Part shown: one piece after another, positions 20,828 through 29,170 of the stretch
Layout of the letters: the number at the start of each line of letters is the position of its first letter
How positions within the stretch are numbered: position 1 is the first letter of the stretch
Source of the DNA: Nocardioides sp.
Lineage (GTDB): Bacteria > Actinomycetota > Actinomycetes > Propionibacteriales > Nocardioidaceae
Reading direction: 5' to 3'
DNA length: 41,892 nt
Assembly (NCBI GenBank): GCA_049583775.1
Contig: JBAUWM010000010.1
Location: 1-41,892, forward strand
Notes under the pieces: generated by a model
Database searches by the model: none
What the model saw: the letters and a program-made list of their open reading frames with translations, nothing else
What the model was told of the DNA's origin: nothing
Position numbers and translations under genes: made by a program

Positions 20828-21574
20828 CTAGGGCGTCGTGGAAGCGATGGACGGATCAGACTGGTGGGGTGCGGGTAGGACGGTGACGTGGATCCGCGGG
20901 CCGAGCAACTGCAAGGTCATCGTGGGTCGCAGGCTGCGTAGGAGAGCCATGAGCACCGAGACAAGCAAGACGGCGCCTACCAGTTCGCACGTTTCCTCGA
21001 TGGTGATGACGGCGTAGTAGTGCGCAGTGTCGTGCCCCGCGGCGACGGCTACCCCCGAGATCATCTCGAGGACGAGGGCCCCGCCCACGTAGACCGCCAG
21101 GGCAAGCACAAGTCGAGCGCGAAACGCGGTCGGCAGTGCTCTCGCTAGCGGCAGCAGGTAGACGGCGACGACAGCGAGGATGACGAGTGCCGGGATGACC
21201 CAGGCGAAGTACAGGACTCCTGGTTCGAGGGCCAAGCCCCGTCGTAGCGGGCCGGTGGCCATGTCATGCAGCTGAGCGGCCTCGTCGATCGTCATCAAAA
21301 ACAGCAGAGCAGTGAGAAAGCCCCACCGCCGTGCGTGGCGATGGTGACCTTGATGGGCCAGATAGATGGCCAGCGCGGCGAGGGCCGCGCACATCAGCAC
21401 CAGCGACTCGAACCAGGCAGCGAGGTTGCCCTCTCCGTTGAGGTCGAACTGGCGCATGATGCCGGAAGTACGCGACCAACCGAACCACTCCTCGCCAAGG
21501 AGGCCGGTGACGTGGCCGACGAGCAGACCGACGATTCCCCACCCGAGCCAGCGCACCGGACTGAGAGAGAGCAT
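20828..21574 (-). CDS. Multi-pass membrane protein of unknown function
   Basis: About seven hydrophobic segments with motifs FDLNGEGNLAAWF, IDEAAQLHD and IEETCE. TAGGCT (21581-21586, minus) sits 6 nt before ATG 21574, implying a leaderless start. Confidence 0.8.
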   Translation of the reverse strand: MLSLSPVRWLGWGIVGLLVGHVTGLLGEEWFGWSRTSGIMRQFDLNGEGNLAAWFESLVLMCAALAALAIYLAHQGHHRHARRWGFLTALLFLMTIDEAAQLHDMATGPLRRGLALEPGVLYFAWVIPALVILAVVAVYLLPLARALPTAFRARLVLALAVYVGGALVLEMISGVAVAAGHDTAHYYAVITIEETCELVGAVLLVSVLMALLRSLRPTMTLQLLGPRIHVTVLPAPHQSDPSIASTTP

Positions 21575-21633
21575 CAAGACAGCCTAATGCCGGTCCCGCG
21601 ACGAAGCGTGGAACCGGCACGCGGCAGGACGAC

Positions 21634-23247
21634 CTACTTGTCAGTGCGACCGTTCGCCACCTTGAGGACGGTGGCCTTCGATACCGACGGAGCCTGAGTG
21701 GCGTTGCCCAAGAAGACTGCGAGCAGCGAGTGCTTGCCCCTCTTGAGCTTGGGCAGCTTGACGATCCGGGTGCCGTTGTCGTTCGAACGCACGGTGAAGA
21801 TCTTCAGGAGCTTCTTGCCGTTGACCACCGCCACCTTGCCCGCCGACGCAGACCCGCTCGAAGAGATGGTGAGCTTCATGAGGGCCGCCCGGCCTGCCTG
21901 CACCTGCTTCTTCAGTGTCTTCGCGACGGTGCGCGACCCGATCTTGGCGATCTCGACGACGTCCGTCGCGGCGGATGCCGATGGCGTGCCGGCGCGGGTG
22001 GCCGTGACGAGGACGGCGAGGCTGCGACCGGCATCAGCGGCCTTCACGACGTACTGAGACCCGGTGGCGCCAGAGATGGCCTTGCCGTTGGCGAACCACT
22101 GGTAGCCGAAGACCGGCTGAGTCAGTCCGTTCCAGACACCGGGAGCCACGTTGAGCAGCCCCCCGACCTTGCCAGACCCGCCGAGCACCGGCTTCGTGAC
22201 GTTCGTCAAGAGTTCTGCCAGCTTGCCCACGACCGGTGCGCTGGTGGCGGTGCCGGTCGAACTGCCCTTGGTGCCGGTCGCCTTCATCGCGATCTGCTTG
22301 GCGGCGTCATCGTTGGTGAGGGTGTAGGTCTGGGTGGTGGCGCCCGGAATGGGTGCTCCGTTGCGGAGCCACTGGTAGGCGGTGGTCACGCCCTCGACGC
22401 TCCACGTGGGGGCCGAGCCGCTGAGCACCGTGCCCACCAGCCCGCCGCCGGTCAGACTGGGAACGAGTTCGGCCACGATCGCGTCAGCCGCCGATGAGAC
22501 GCCGAGGGCAGAGGTGATCACCGAGACCAAGGGGAGGCCAGCGATTGCACCAGTGACAACGGCTGAGATGTCGGAGCCGAGCAGGTCGCCGGTCAAGGGC
22601 AGCGACGAGCCGGTGGCCCCCAGGATTGGGACGCCGTTGCTCAGCCACTGAACCGAGGTGGTGACCCCGGGCAGGCTCCACGTCGTGGGGAGCATGGTGA
22701 GCACGCCGCCGACCACCGGGGTCCCCTGGAGAAGGGGCAGCACGGCAGCGAAAAGGCTGCCCGGCTCGAGGCCGCCACCGCCACCGCCACCGCCACCACC
22801 GCCGACGCCGCCGGAGAGCGGAATGGTCAGCGCGTTGGTGAGCACGGAAACCGGGAGCACCCCAAGCAGCGAGCCACTCACGAGCGCAGTGATCTGGTGG
22901 CCGGCATCCTCGGCGGTGGGCAGGTACGTCGATCCGGTGGCCCCGACGATCGGGACCCCGTCGCGCAGCCACTGGTAGCTGTTCGTGACGCCCGAGAGCA
23001 GGTTCCAGACTGGGTCAGTGAGTGTGATGAGTGATCCGACCGCGCCGGAGCCGCTCAGCAGCGGGTCGGTGACGACGGAAAGCAGCCCGCCGAGGACAGG
23101 TAGCTGTTGGCTCGACGCAACAGTCGATACCGACGCCGGAGCGACGGCTGGCGCGGCGTGCGCGGTGGTGCTGAATCCAAGACTGAGTCCTGAGCCGATG
23201 ACGGCCGAGGCCAGCACGACTCCGGTGGCGCGCTTGCAATGATGCAT
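21634..23247 (-). CDS. Secreted/surface protein with four Ig-like (YQW-x3-G-x2-I-x-GAT) repeats
   Basis: Signal peptide ending TTAHA; repeats YQWLRDGVPIVGAT, VQWLSNGVPILGAT, YQWLRNGAPIPGAT and YQWFANGKAISGAT; poly-Gly linker; Lys-rich C-terminal domain; SD GGGAGGG. Confidence 0.85.
   Translation of the reverse strand: MHHCKRATGVVLASAVIGSGLSLGFSTTAHAAPAVAPASVSTVASSQQLPVLGGLLSVVTDPLLSGSGAVGSLITLTDPVWNLLSGVTNSYQWLRDGVPIVGATGSTYLPTAEDAGHQITALVSGSLLGVLPVSVLTNALTIPLSGGVGGGGGGGGGGGLEPGSLFAAVLPLLQGTPVVGGVLTMLPTTWSLPGVTTSVQWLSNGVPILGATGSSLPLTGDLLGSDISAVVTGAIAGLPLVSVITSALGVSSAADAIVAELVPSLTGGGLVGTVLSGSAPTWSVEGVTTAYQWLRNGAPIPGATTQTYTLTNDDAAKQIAMKATGTKGSSTGTATSAPVVGKLAELLTNVTKPVLGGSGKVGGLLNVAPGVWNGLTQPVFGYQWFANGKAISGATGSQYVVKAADAGRSLAVLVTATRAGTPSASAATDVVEIAKIGSRTVAKTLKKQVQAGRAALMKLTISSSGSASAGKVAVVNGKKLLKIFTVRSNDNGTRIVKLPKLKRGKHSLLAVFLGNATQAPSVSKATVLKVANGRTDK
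22771..22803 (-). repeat. GGC/GGT codon run encoding an 11-Gly linker
   Basis: (GCCACC)n-like microsatellite on the plus strand inside the Ig-repeat gene. Confidence 0.85.
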
Positions 23248-23468
23248 GGGTTTCCCTCCCCATCGGGCGTCCGGTATCCGTTGCCGGACGCGGTGATACT
23301 TCTCCCTCCTTGGCAGAGTAGGGGCCAGGTGGTGCGCCCAGGTCCGACCTCAACCGATGCTCGCACTTGTGGCCGACAGGCCATCCACCATGACTAGGTC
23401 GGGTCAGGCTGAAACGACCCTTCGGGGGTTCCGTGCCGGTGGTCGAGGTGACCCGCGAGAGTGTGTGG

Positions 23469-24713
23469 GTGACCAGCCTCAATGAGCCCCTGACCCTGCC
23501 CAGCGGCCTCGTGCTGCCGAACCGGATCGCCAAGGCGGCCATGACCGAGAACCTTGCCGACGCTGACAACCAGCCGACCGTGCGGCACGAGCGGGTCTAC
23601 CGGCGCTGGGCGGAGGGTGGAAGTGGGCTGCTCATCACCGGCAACCTGATGGTTGATCGTCGCTACCTCGAGCGAAGCCGCAACATCGTTGCTGACCGCC
23701 ACCTCGACATGGGGCGCCTGCGTCAGGTGCGGACGGCCGCTGCGGGCACGCCGATGCTGGCGCAGTTGAACCACCCCGGCCGGCAGGCCAATCGATTCAT
23801 CACCAGTCGTCCACCAGCGCCCAGCGCTGGCGACGCAGTGGCGATGCTCGGCCTCTTCGGCAGGCCTCGGGCGTTGAGCGCTGACGAGATCGAGGCGATT
23901 GTCGCCGGTTTCGGAAGCGCCGCCGCGTTGTGCGAGCAGGCCGGGCTGGACGGCGTCCAGGTGCACGCCGCCCACGGATATCTGCTGGCTCAGTTCCTCT
24001 CGCCCCAGGTCAACCAACGCACCGATGAGTGGGGCGGCGACGTGCCCGGCCGAGCACGGGCTCTGGTGCGTGCCGTTCGAGCCGCGCGCGCCGCGACCTC
24101 GCCCGGCTTCACCGTCGCGGTCAAGCTCAACTCCTCGGACTTCAGGCACGGCGGTTTCACCGAGGATGACGCCGAGCAGGTGGTACGCCTGCTGGTCGAT
24201 GAAGGCATCGACCTGCTCGAGATCTCCGGCGGCACCTACGAGAGCCCCGCCCTCCTAGGTGAAGGGGTGGAGGCCGCGGTCGCTCGTGGGGCGGCCAGCC
24301 GCAAGGAGGCCTATTTTGCGGCCTTCGCCACCCGGGCACGGGCGGCTGCGCCCGACGTGCCGATCATGCTCACTGGAGGCATCCGAACTCGAGCGGCCAT
24401 GGAAGAGTTGCTCAGCGGGGGAGCGGTCGACGTGATCGGACTCGGCCGCCCGATCGCGATCGACCCGGGTCTGCCCGCCACGCTGCTCGCCGGTGGCGAG
24501 GGCATGCCACTCCCGCGGTACACCCTGCCCACCGTGGCGGGCTTGACCGGCGAGTCTGAGTGGTACGAGACGCAGATCGGTCGAATCGGCGACGGTCGCG
24601 AGGTGGACCCCGGCCTGCACCCTCTCCGGGCTGCTGCCGGATTCGTCGGTGGCGAGCTGATCCGCGGGGTGGGTGGGCGACGACGCCGGGCCCGGCTCGT
24701 CGCTTCGCGCTGA
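23469..24713 (+). CDS. NADH:flavin oxidoreductase / Old Yellow Enzyme family
   Basis: PNRIAKAAMTE, QLNHPGRQ, DGVQVHAAHGYLLAQFLSP..NQRTDEWGG and LEISGGTYE. Start GTG 23469 chosen by family N-terminus (approximate). Confidence 0.92.
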   Translation: MTSLNEPLTLPSGLVLPNRIAKAAMTENLADADNQPTVRHERVYRRWAEGGSGLLITGNLMVDRRYLERSRNIVADRHLDMGRLRQVRTAAAGTPMLAQLNHPGRQANRFITSRPPAPSAGDAVAMLGLFGRPRALSADEIEAIVAGFGSAAALCEQAGLDGVQVHAAHGYLLAQFLSPQVNQRTDEWGGDVPGRARALVRAVRAARAATSPGFTVAVKLNSSDFRHGGFTEDDAEQVVRLLVDEGIDLLEISGGTYESPALLGEGVEAAVARGAASRKEAYFAAFATRARAAAPDVPIMLTGGIRTRAAMEELLSGGAVDVIGLGRPIAIDPGLPATLLAGGEGMPLPRYTLPTVAGLTGESEWYETQIGRIGDGREVDPGLHPLRAAAGFVGGELIRGVGGRRRRARLVASR

Positions 24714-24775
24714 GCCGTGGCGGGTGGGCTGGACCGCGTTGTGAGGTCGTCTCGCGGCATGCGAGGGTTTGGCCC

Positions 24776-25057
24776 ATGCGTATCTCTCGCGCGGCCTGGG
24801 CCGCTCCCATCGCTGCTGTCGTACTGACCCTCAGCGGCTGCTCGGTCAGCGTTGCCCAGTCCGACCTCGAGAAGGAGGTCGCCCGCGGTGAAGCCGGTGT
24901 CACCGACGTCGAGTGCGACGGCGACCTCGACGGCGAGGTCGGCGCCACGCAGGACTGCACCGTCACCTTCGACGACGACACCACGGTCGATGTCGAGGTC
25001 GAGGTGACCGAGGTTGACGGCAGCGACGTCTCCTTCGACGTCAACGTCCTCGAGTAG
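24776..25057 (+). CDS. Small acidic lipoprotein (DUF4333-like)
   Basis: Lipobox LSGC after a hydrophobic stretch; paired Cys in VECDGDL..GATQDCTV. Confidence 0.8.
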   Translation: MRISRAAWAAPIAAVVLTLSGCSVSVAQSDLEKEVARGEAGVTDVECDGDLDGEVGATQDCTVTFDDDTTVDVEVEVTEVDGSDVSFDVNVLE

Positions 25058-25078
25058 CACAGGAGGGGGAGACCCTCT

Positions 25079-25366
25079 CTAGACCCCGGGCACGATCCTG
25101 AGGTCACGCACTGCCCCGCCGTCCAGAGCGCGCAAGGCCTCTTGGTACGCAGCGCTGTCGTGCGCCGCGACGGCGGTAGCGACGTCGGGGAACTCGATCA
25201 CGACCGAGCGTTGTTCGCGTCCGGCTTCGTAAACCGCCTCGGGCAGCCCGCGAGCGAGAAATCGTCCACCGGCCTCGGTGAGCGCGGGTCCGGCGAGCGT
25301 CGCGTAGGCCGCGAGCTTGGTGTCGTCGGTGATGTCGAGGTAGCTGCTGATCCAGTACGCGCTCAT
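25079..25366 (-). CDS. DUF1330 domain protein
   Basis: MSAYWI, GGRFLARG, VVIEFPD..A..SAAYQEA and RDLRIVPG. Confidence 0.9.
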   Translation of the reverse strand: MSAYWISSYLDITDDTKLAAYATLAGPALTEAGGRFLARGLPEAVYEAGREQRSVVIEFPDVATAVAAHDSAAYQEALRALDGGAVRDLRIVPGV

Positions 25367-25407
25367 AGGTCCATGCTGTCAGCCAGCCGCCTGGAATGAT
25401 GATCGGG

Positions 25408-26241
25408 ATGGACGACTTCCGCGCACGGGTCCGCGCCGTCCTGGACGTACGGGCCGACGCCGCCCCCTGGACCCAGGACGATGCCCGCCTGCCCGACCGT
25501 GGGCTGTTGATCGTCGAGCTGGTTGTCGTCCTGATGCTCACGCTGGGTCGCTCGGGTCTCTACGCGTTCGTGAACTTGGTGGCGGCCGCGACCGCTCCCG
25601 GCGGCCTCTCGTCGCAGACCACCGCGCTCCATCGCAGCTTTGCGCCGGACCGGCCGTGGCTTGACCTGACCTACCAACTGATGAGCATCTTCTTCGGGGT
25701 CGTGCCGATCGCGTTGGCCGGCTACTTGCTGGTGCGTTCGGGCACGAGCCTGCGCCAGGTCTGGTTCCACGGCGCTGGCCCACGCGACGTCGGGCTCGGT
25801 ACTGGGCTGGCTGCGGCCGTGGGTTCGGTGGGCTTGGCGTTCTACCTGATGATGCACGCCTGGGGCCTGAACCTGACGGTCGTGGCCGACGGCCTCGACA
25901 CCGAGGTGTGGTGGAAGATCCCGGTGCTGGTGCTCTCGGCACTGGAGAATGCGTTGCTCGAGGAGTTCGTGGTGCTCGGGTACGTGCTGGTGCGTCTGCG
26001 GCAGATCGGGCTGGGCCAGTGGGCGGCGATCGGCTGGGCTGCGGGCCTGCGCGGCAGCTACCACCTTTACCAGGGGATCGGTGGCTTCGTCGGCAACTTC
26101 GTCATGGGACTGCTCTTCGGGTGGCTCTACCGGCGCTGGGGGCGCGTCACGCCCTTGGTGATCACGCACTTCCTGCTCGACGTTGGAGCATTCGTCGGGT
26201 ACGCCGTGCTGGCAGGCAACGTGTCGTGGTTGCCGACGTGA
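25408..26241 (+). CDS. CPBP (Abi/CAAX protease) family intramembrane glutamic/metallo-protease
   Basis: NALLEEFVVLGY, RGSYHLYQG and ITHFLLD motifs with many TM segments. Start could be 25396, 25399 or 25408. Confidence 0.88.
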   Translation: MDDFRARVRAVLDVRADAAPWTQDDARLPDRGLLIVELVVVLMLTLGRSGLYAFVNLVAAATAPGGLSSQTTALHRSFAPDRPWLDLTYQLMSIFFGVVPIALAGYLLVRSGTSLRQVWFHGAGPRDVGLGTGLAAAVGSVGLAFYLMMHAWGLNLTVVADGLDTEVWWKIPVLVLSALENALLEEFVVLGYVLVRLRQIGLGQWAAIGWAAGLRGSYHLYQGIGGFVGNFVMGLLFGWLYRRWGRVTPLVITHFLLDVGAFVGYAVLAGNVSWLPT

Positions 26242-26245
26242 GGCT

Positions 26246-27994
26246 CTAGTCGCCCACAGTGCGCTTGGAGCGACCGCCGCTTGATTCCTCCGGCGCCGGC
26301 ACGCCGACGTCGACCCGCGGCTCGACCACCACCTCACCGTCGGGCTCGAAGCGATAGATCTGGTAGCCGGTTATCAGCCGGCGATCCTCGTCGAGGAACA
26401 GCACCGGGAACGACGCCGTCTGGCGCGGGCTCGACCACGGCGTCGAGAAGTTGGTGATGGTGGGGGTGTCGACGGCGCCGCCTGAGGTGTCCAGCTCCAT
26501 CACCAGCGTCCAGGTGCCGTCGTCGTTCCACACGACACGTGGCGGAACCGACTCGTGCCAGTGCCCGAAGAACACCGCGGCGGCCGGGGCGTCACGGACA
26601 TCGTCCTCGAGCGGGGTCGTCGGGTCGCCGGCCTCGTCCATGAAGGCACGCATGGGCCCGACGTCCAGGAACGCCTGGGCCGCGTACGCCTCATGCACGA
26701 GCACGAGGTCGGGCCGGTCGCCGTCCCGAGCCTCCTCGTACAACCGGGTACCGACGTCTTGCTGGGTCTCATCGCCGCGCAGGGCGGTGCCGCCGAACAG
26801 TTCCGATCGCGCCGGATCTTCATCGCCGAGCAGGCGGACACCCTCGATCTCCTCGGTGGAGCCGTCGAGAACGGTCATGCCGGAGTCCTTCATCTGCTTC
26901 ACGCTCACGTCCGACTCATGGTTGCCAGTCACCGCGACCACCGGGGCGTCGCCGGCGATGGCGCGCTCATCGCGGATGCACGTGCCCTCGGCGGCAGTGC
27001 CGTTGGTGGTGAGGTCACCAGTCACTCCCAGCAGGCGGGGGGCGTCATCGCCGAAGTCGTCCTGGAGCATCGACCAGACCTGGGTCTGGAGGCGGATCAT
27101 GGTGATGTTGCAGTGCATGTCGGACTGCATCATGACGGCCACCTCGCCCTCGAGAGCTCCTGTCATCAGCCCACGCTGGCTCTCCAGGTCGTCGGCTGCG
27201 CTGACGCGATAGCTGGCCTCGGCGGCCTCCTGGCGCTTGACCAGCAGCTTGGACTTGGCGAACGCGCCGCCCAGCAGGGCCCGCAGGACCGGGCTGTTGG
27301 TCGTGCTGCCCGCCGCGGCGGTGCCGTCGAGTGCGGTGAGGGGATAGACGCCGTTCTCGGGGCCCGAACCAGCGTCGGACGACGTCAGCTGCACCCAAGC
27401 CAACGTGCTGGTCGCGACCAGGGTGAGCAAAGCGACCCCAGCCGCCCTGAGTCGAGGTCGAGGGTGGGAGCGGAGGTCGCCGAACGGCAGCAGGTAGGAC
27501 AGGCCGAGGAAGACGAGGCCCCCCAGCCCGCCGAGAATGATCTCGGCCAGGATGACCTGGTTCTTGAACTCGGTCTGCACGACCGAGACGTATTCCTGGA
27601 TCGCGGCCTCGGGGTCGTGGAAGAGGCCCGTGTAGAGCTTGAGCATCTCCGGGCGGACGTAGTTGGCGAGATCGCCGTCGCCGGCTCCGGGGTCGCCAGG
27701 CCCCTCTACCTGGGCGATCAACCCGATCGGGCCCTCAGAACGAGGAACGTAGACGGTGCCCGCAATGCCGAGCCGCAACTCACTGTGCCCGTCGGTGGTC
27801 AAGGAGAAAGTAGTGGGCGAGGTGCCGATCTGCTGCTGCACCTCGGTGTGGGTGACCGCCCACGAGAAGGCGAGGGGCAGGGACAGGACGCCCGCCAGTC
27901 CCAGACACAACAGGGTGCGGACGACGAGTGGTCGGCCGAGGGCGATGGCGCCGCGCCACGCCGGGAGCGCGGTGGGAGCCTGATCCTCGGTCAT
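26246..27994 (-). CDS. Membrane-anchored calcineurin-like metallophosphoesterase
   Basis: Motifs SDMH, GDLT, GNHE, LVHE and GHWH after three TM segments; TAGCGT 6 nt before ATG (leaderless). Confidence 0.85.
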   Translation of the reverse strand: MTEDQAPTALPAWRGAIALGRPLVVRTLLCLGLAGVLSLPLAFSWAVTHTEVQQQIGTSPTTFSLTTDGHSELRLGIAGTVYVPRSEGPIGLIAQVEGPGDPGAGDGDLANYVRPEMLKLYTGLFHDPEAAIQEYVSVVQTEFKNQVILAEIILGGLGGLVFLGLSYLLPFGDLRSHPRPRLRAAGVALLTLVATSTLAWVQLTSSDAGSGPENGVYPLTALDGTAAAGSTTNSPVLRALLGGAFAKSKLLVKRQEAAEASYRVSAADDLESQRGLMTGALEGEVAVMMQSDMHCNITMIRLQTQVWSMLQDDFGDDAPRLLGVTGDLTTNGTAAEGTCIRDERAIAGDAPVVAVTGNHESDVSVKQMKDSGMTVLDGSTEEIEGVRLLGDEDPARSELFGGTALRGDETQQDVGTRLYEEARDGDRPDLVLVHEAYAAQAFLDVGPMRAFMDEAGDPTTPLEDDVRDAPAAAVFFGHWHESVPPRVVWNDDGTWTLVMELDTSGGAVDTPTITNFSTPWSSPRQTASFPVLFLDEDRRLITGYQIYRFEPDGEVVVEPRVDVGVPAPEESSGGRSKRTVGD

Positions 27995-28040
27995 GTCGCG
28001 ACGCTACGGGACTCCACCACGGTGCGCGGCCGAATCACCT

Positions 28041-28754
28041 TCAGCGACCGGTGAACACCGGCGTGCGCTTCTCAGCTCGGGCTGCGGCGGCTTCGCGGAC
28101 GTCGGCGCTGGCCCAGCACGCCGCAAAGCTCGCGTCGATCTCCGCCTTGGTCCCGTCGTTGAGCACCAGCTTGTTGTGAGCCAGGGTGAGCGGTGCGAGG
28201 GTGGCGATCTCCTCTGCCCAGCGCATTGCGTCGTCGAGGGTGCCGGGTCGATCAGCCAACCCGCACGCGAGCGCACCCGTTTGGTCGAAGGTCTCGGCGG
28301 AGAGCATCAGTCGACGCGCAGGGCCGCCGCCAGCGATGGTGGCCAACGTGCGGATCGTCCAGGCGTCGACGGCCATGCCGTTGCGCGCGGTGGGAACTGC
28401 GAACTGCGCGGAGGTGTCGGCCACCCTCAAGTCGCACGCAAGTGCGAGCTGGGTGCCTGCCCCGATCGCGGGTCCGTTGACGGCGGCCACCAAGGGCACG
28501 GGCAGCTTCGTGAGGCCGTGCAACATGCCGTAGAGCGCCTCGAGAAACTCATTGCCATACACGCCGTTGAGATCGGCGCCGGCGCAGAACGCCGACCCCT
28601 CGCCAGTGACGACGAGGACCCGAGCACCAGCGTGGACCTCAGCGTGGGCAGCGTCGTCGATGGCGCGGCACAACTCGAGATTGAGGGCGTTGCGGCGTTC
28701 GCTGCGCTGGAGCTCCAAGACGGAGACGGCACCGTGACGAGTCGTGGCAAGCAT
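28041..28754 (-). CDS. Enoyl-CoA hydratase-like protein, EchA6-like (catalytic glutamates absent)
   Basis: RRNALN, FCAGADL, NGPAIGAGTQLALACDLRV, VPTARNG and AEKRTPVF; TATTCT 7 nt before ATG 28754. Confidence 0.88.
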   Translation of the reverse strand: MLATTRHGAVSVLELQRSERRNALNLELCRAIDDAAHAEVHAGARVLVVTGEGSAFCAGADLNGVYGNEFLEALYGMLHGLTKLPVPLVAAVNGPAIGAGTQLALACDLRVADTSAQFAVPTARNGMAVDAWTIRTLATIAGGGPARRLMLSAETFDQTGALACGLADRPGTLDDAMRWAEEIATLAPLTLAHNKLVLNDGTKAEIDASFAACWASADVREAAAARAEKRTPVFTGR

Positions 28755-28786
28755 GGGCGCCAGAATAGTGACGCCCCCTGATCGAC

Positions 28787-29161
28787 CTACTCGAAGGTCA
28801 GGTCGGAGTCGTTCCACCAGGCACGCATGCTGGTGATCTTGCCGTCCTCGTCGAACTCCATGACCTCGAGCGGCTCCATCAGGGCGATGCCAGCCCCGGT
28901 GTCGGTGGCGATCCGGAAGTGGAACGCCGCTTGACCGCCGCTGGAGCGCAGCGTCACCAAGTCGGTGGTGATGCTGAGGCCTTCGATGGTGGCGTAGAAC
29001 GCACGAATCTCGTCGCGACCTCGCAGTGGGGTCGCGCCCACCGGGTCTTCGAGCACGGCGTCGTTGGAGTAGAGATCGGCGATCTCATCCGCTGTTCCGG
29101 TGGCGACGAGAGCGAGGTACGTGCGGACCGTGGCCTCGGCCTGGTCGTGACTGATTGGCAT
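28787..29161 (-). CDS. NTF2/SnoaL-like, ketosteroid isomerase-like protein
   Basis: VRTYL, YSNDAVLEDPVG, GRDEIRAFY and FDEDGKITSMRAWW; TAGGTT 6 nt before ATG (leaderless). Confidence 0.88.
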   Translation of the reverse strand: MPISHDQAEATVRTYLALVATGTADEIADLYSNDAVLEDPVGATPLRGRDEIRAFYATIEGLSITTDLVTLRSSGGQAAFHFRIATDTGAGIALMEPLEVMEFDEDGKITSMRAWWNDSDLTFE

Positions 29162-29170
29162 GGCGGCAAC

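Noticed and set aside
23248..23468. Riboswitch in the divergent intergenic region
   Set aside because: Only simple hairpins (23267-23291 and a TTCG-loop stem near 23420); I could not match any riboswitch consensus. An Rfam scan would settle it.
25408..26241. CPBP/'Abi' protein as an abortive-infection defence gene
   Set aside because: The Abi label for this family is historical; the motifs indicate an ordinary intramembrane protease with no defence context.
26555..28054. 499-aa plus-strand ORF and many similar 200-400 aa antisense ORFs (e.g. 2709-3806, 10261-11349, 38542-39765, 39844-41094)
   Set aside because: All mirror well-supported genes on the opposite strand and have the V/H/R/G-rich composition typical of antisense frames.
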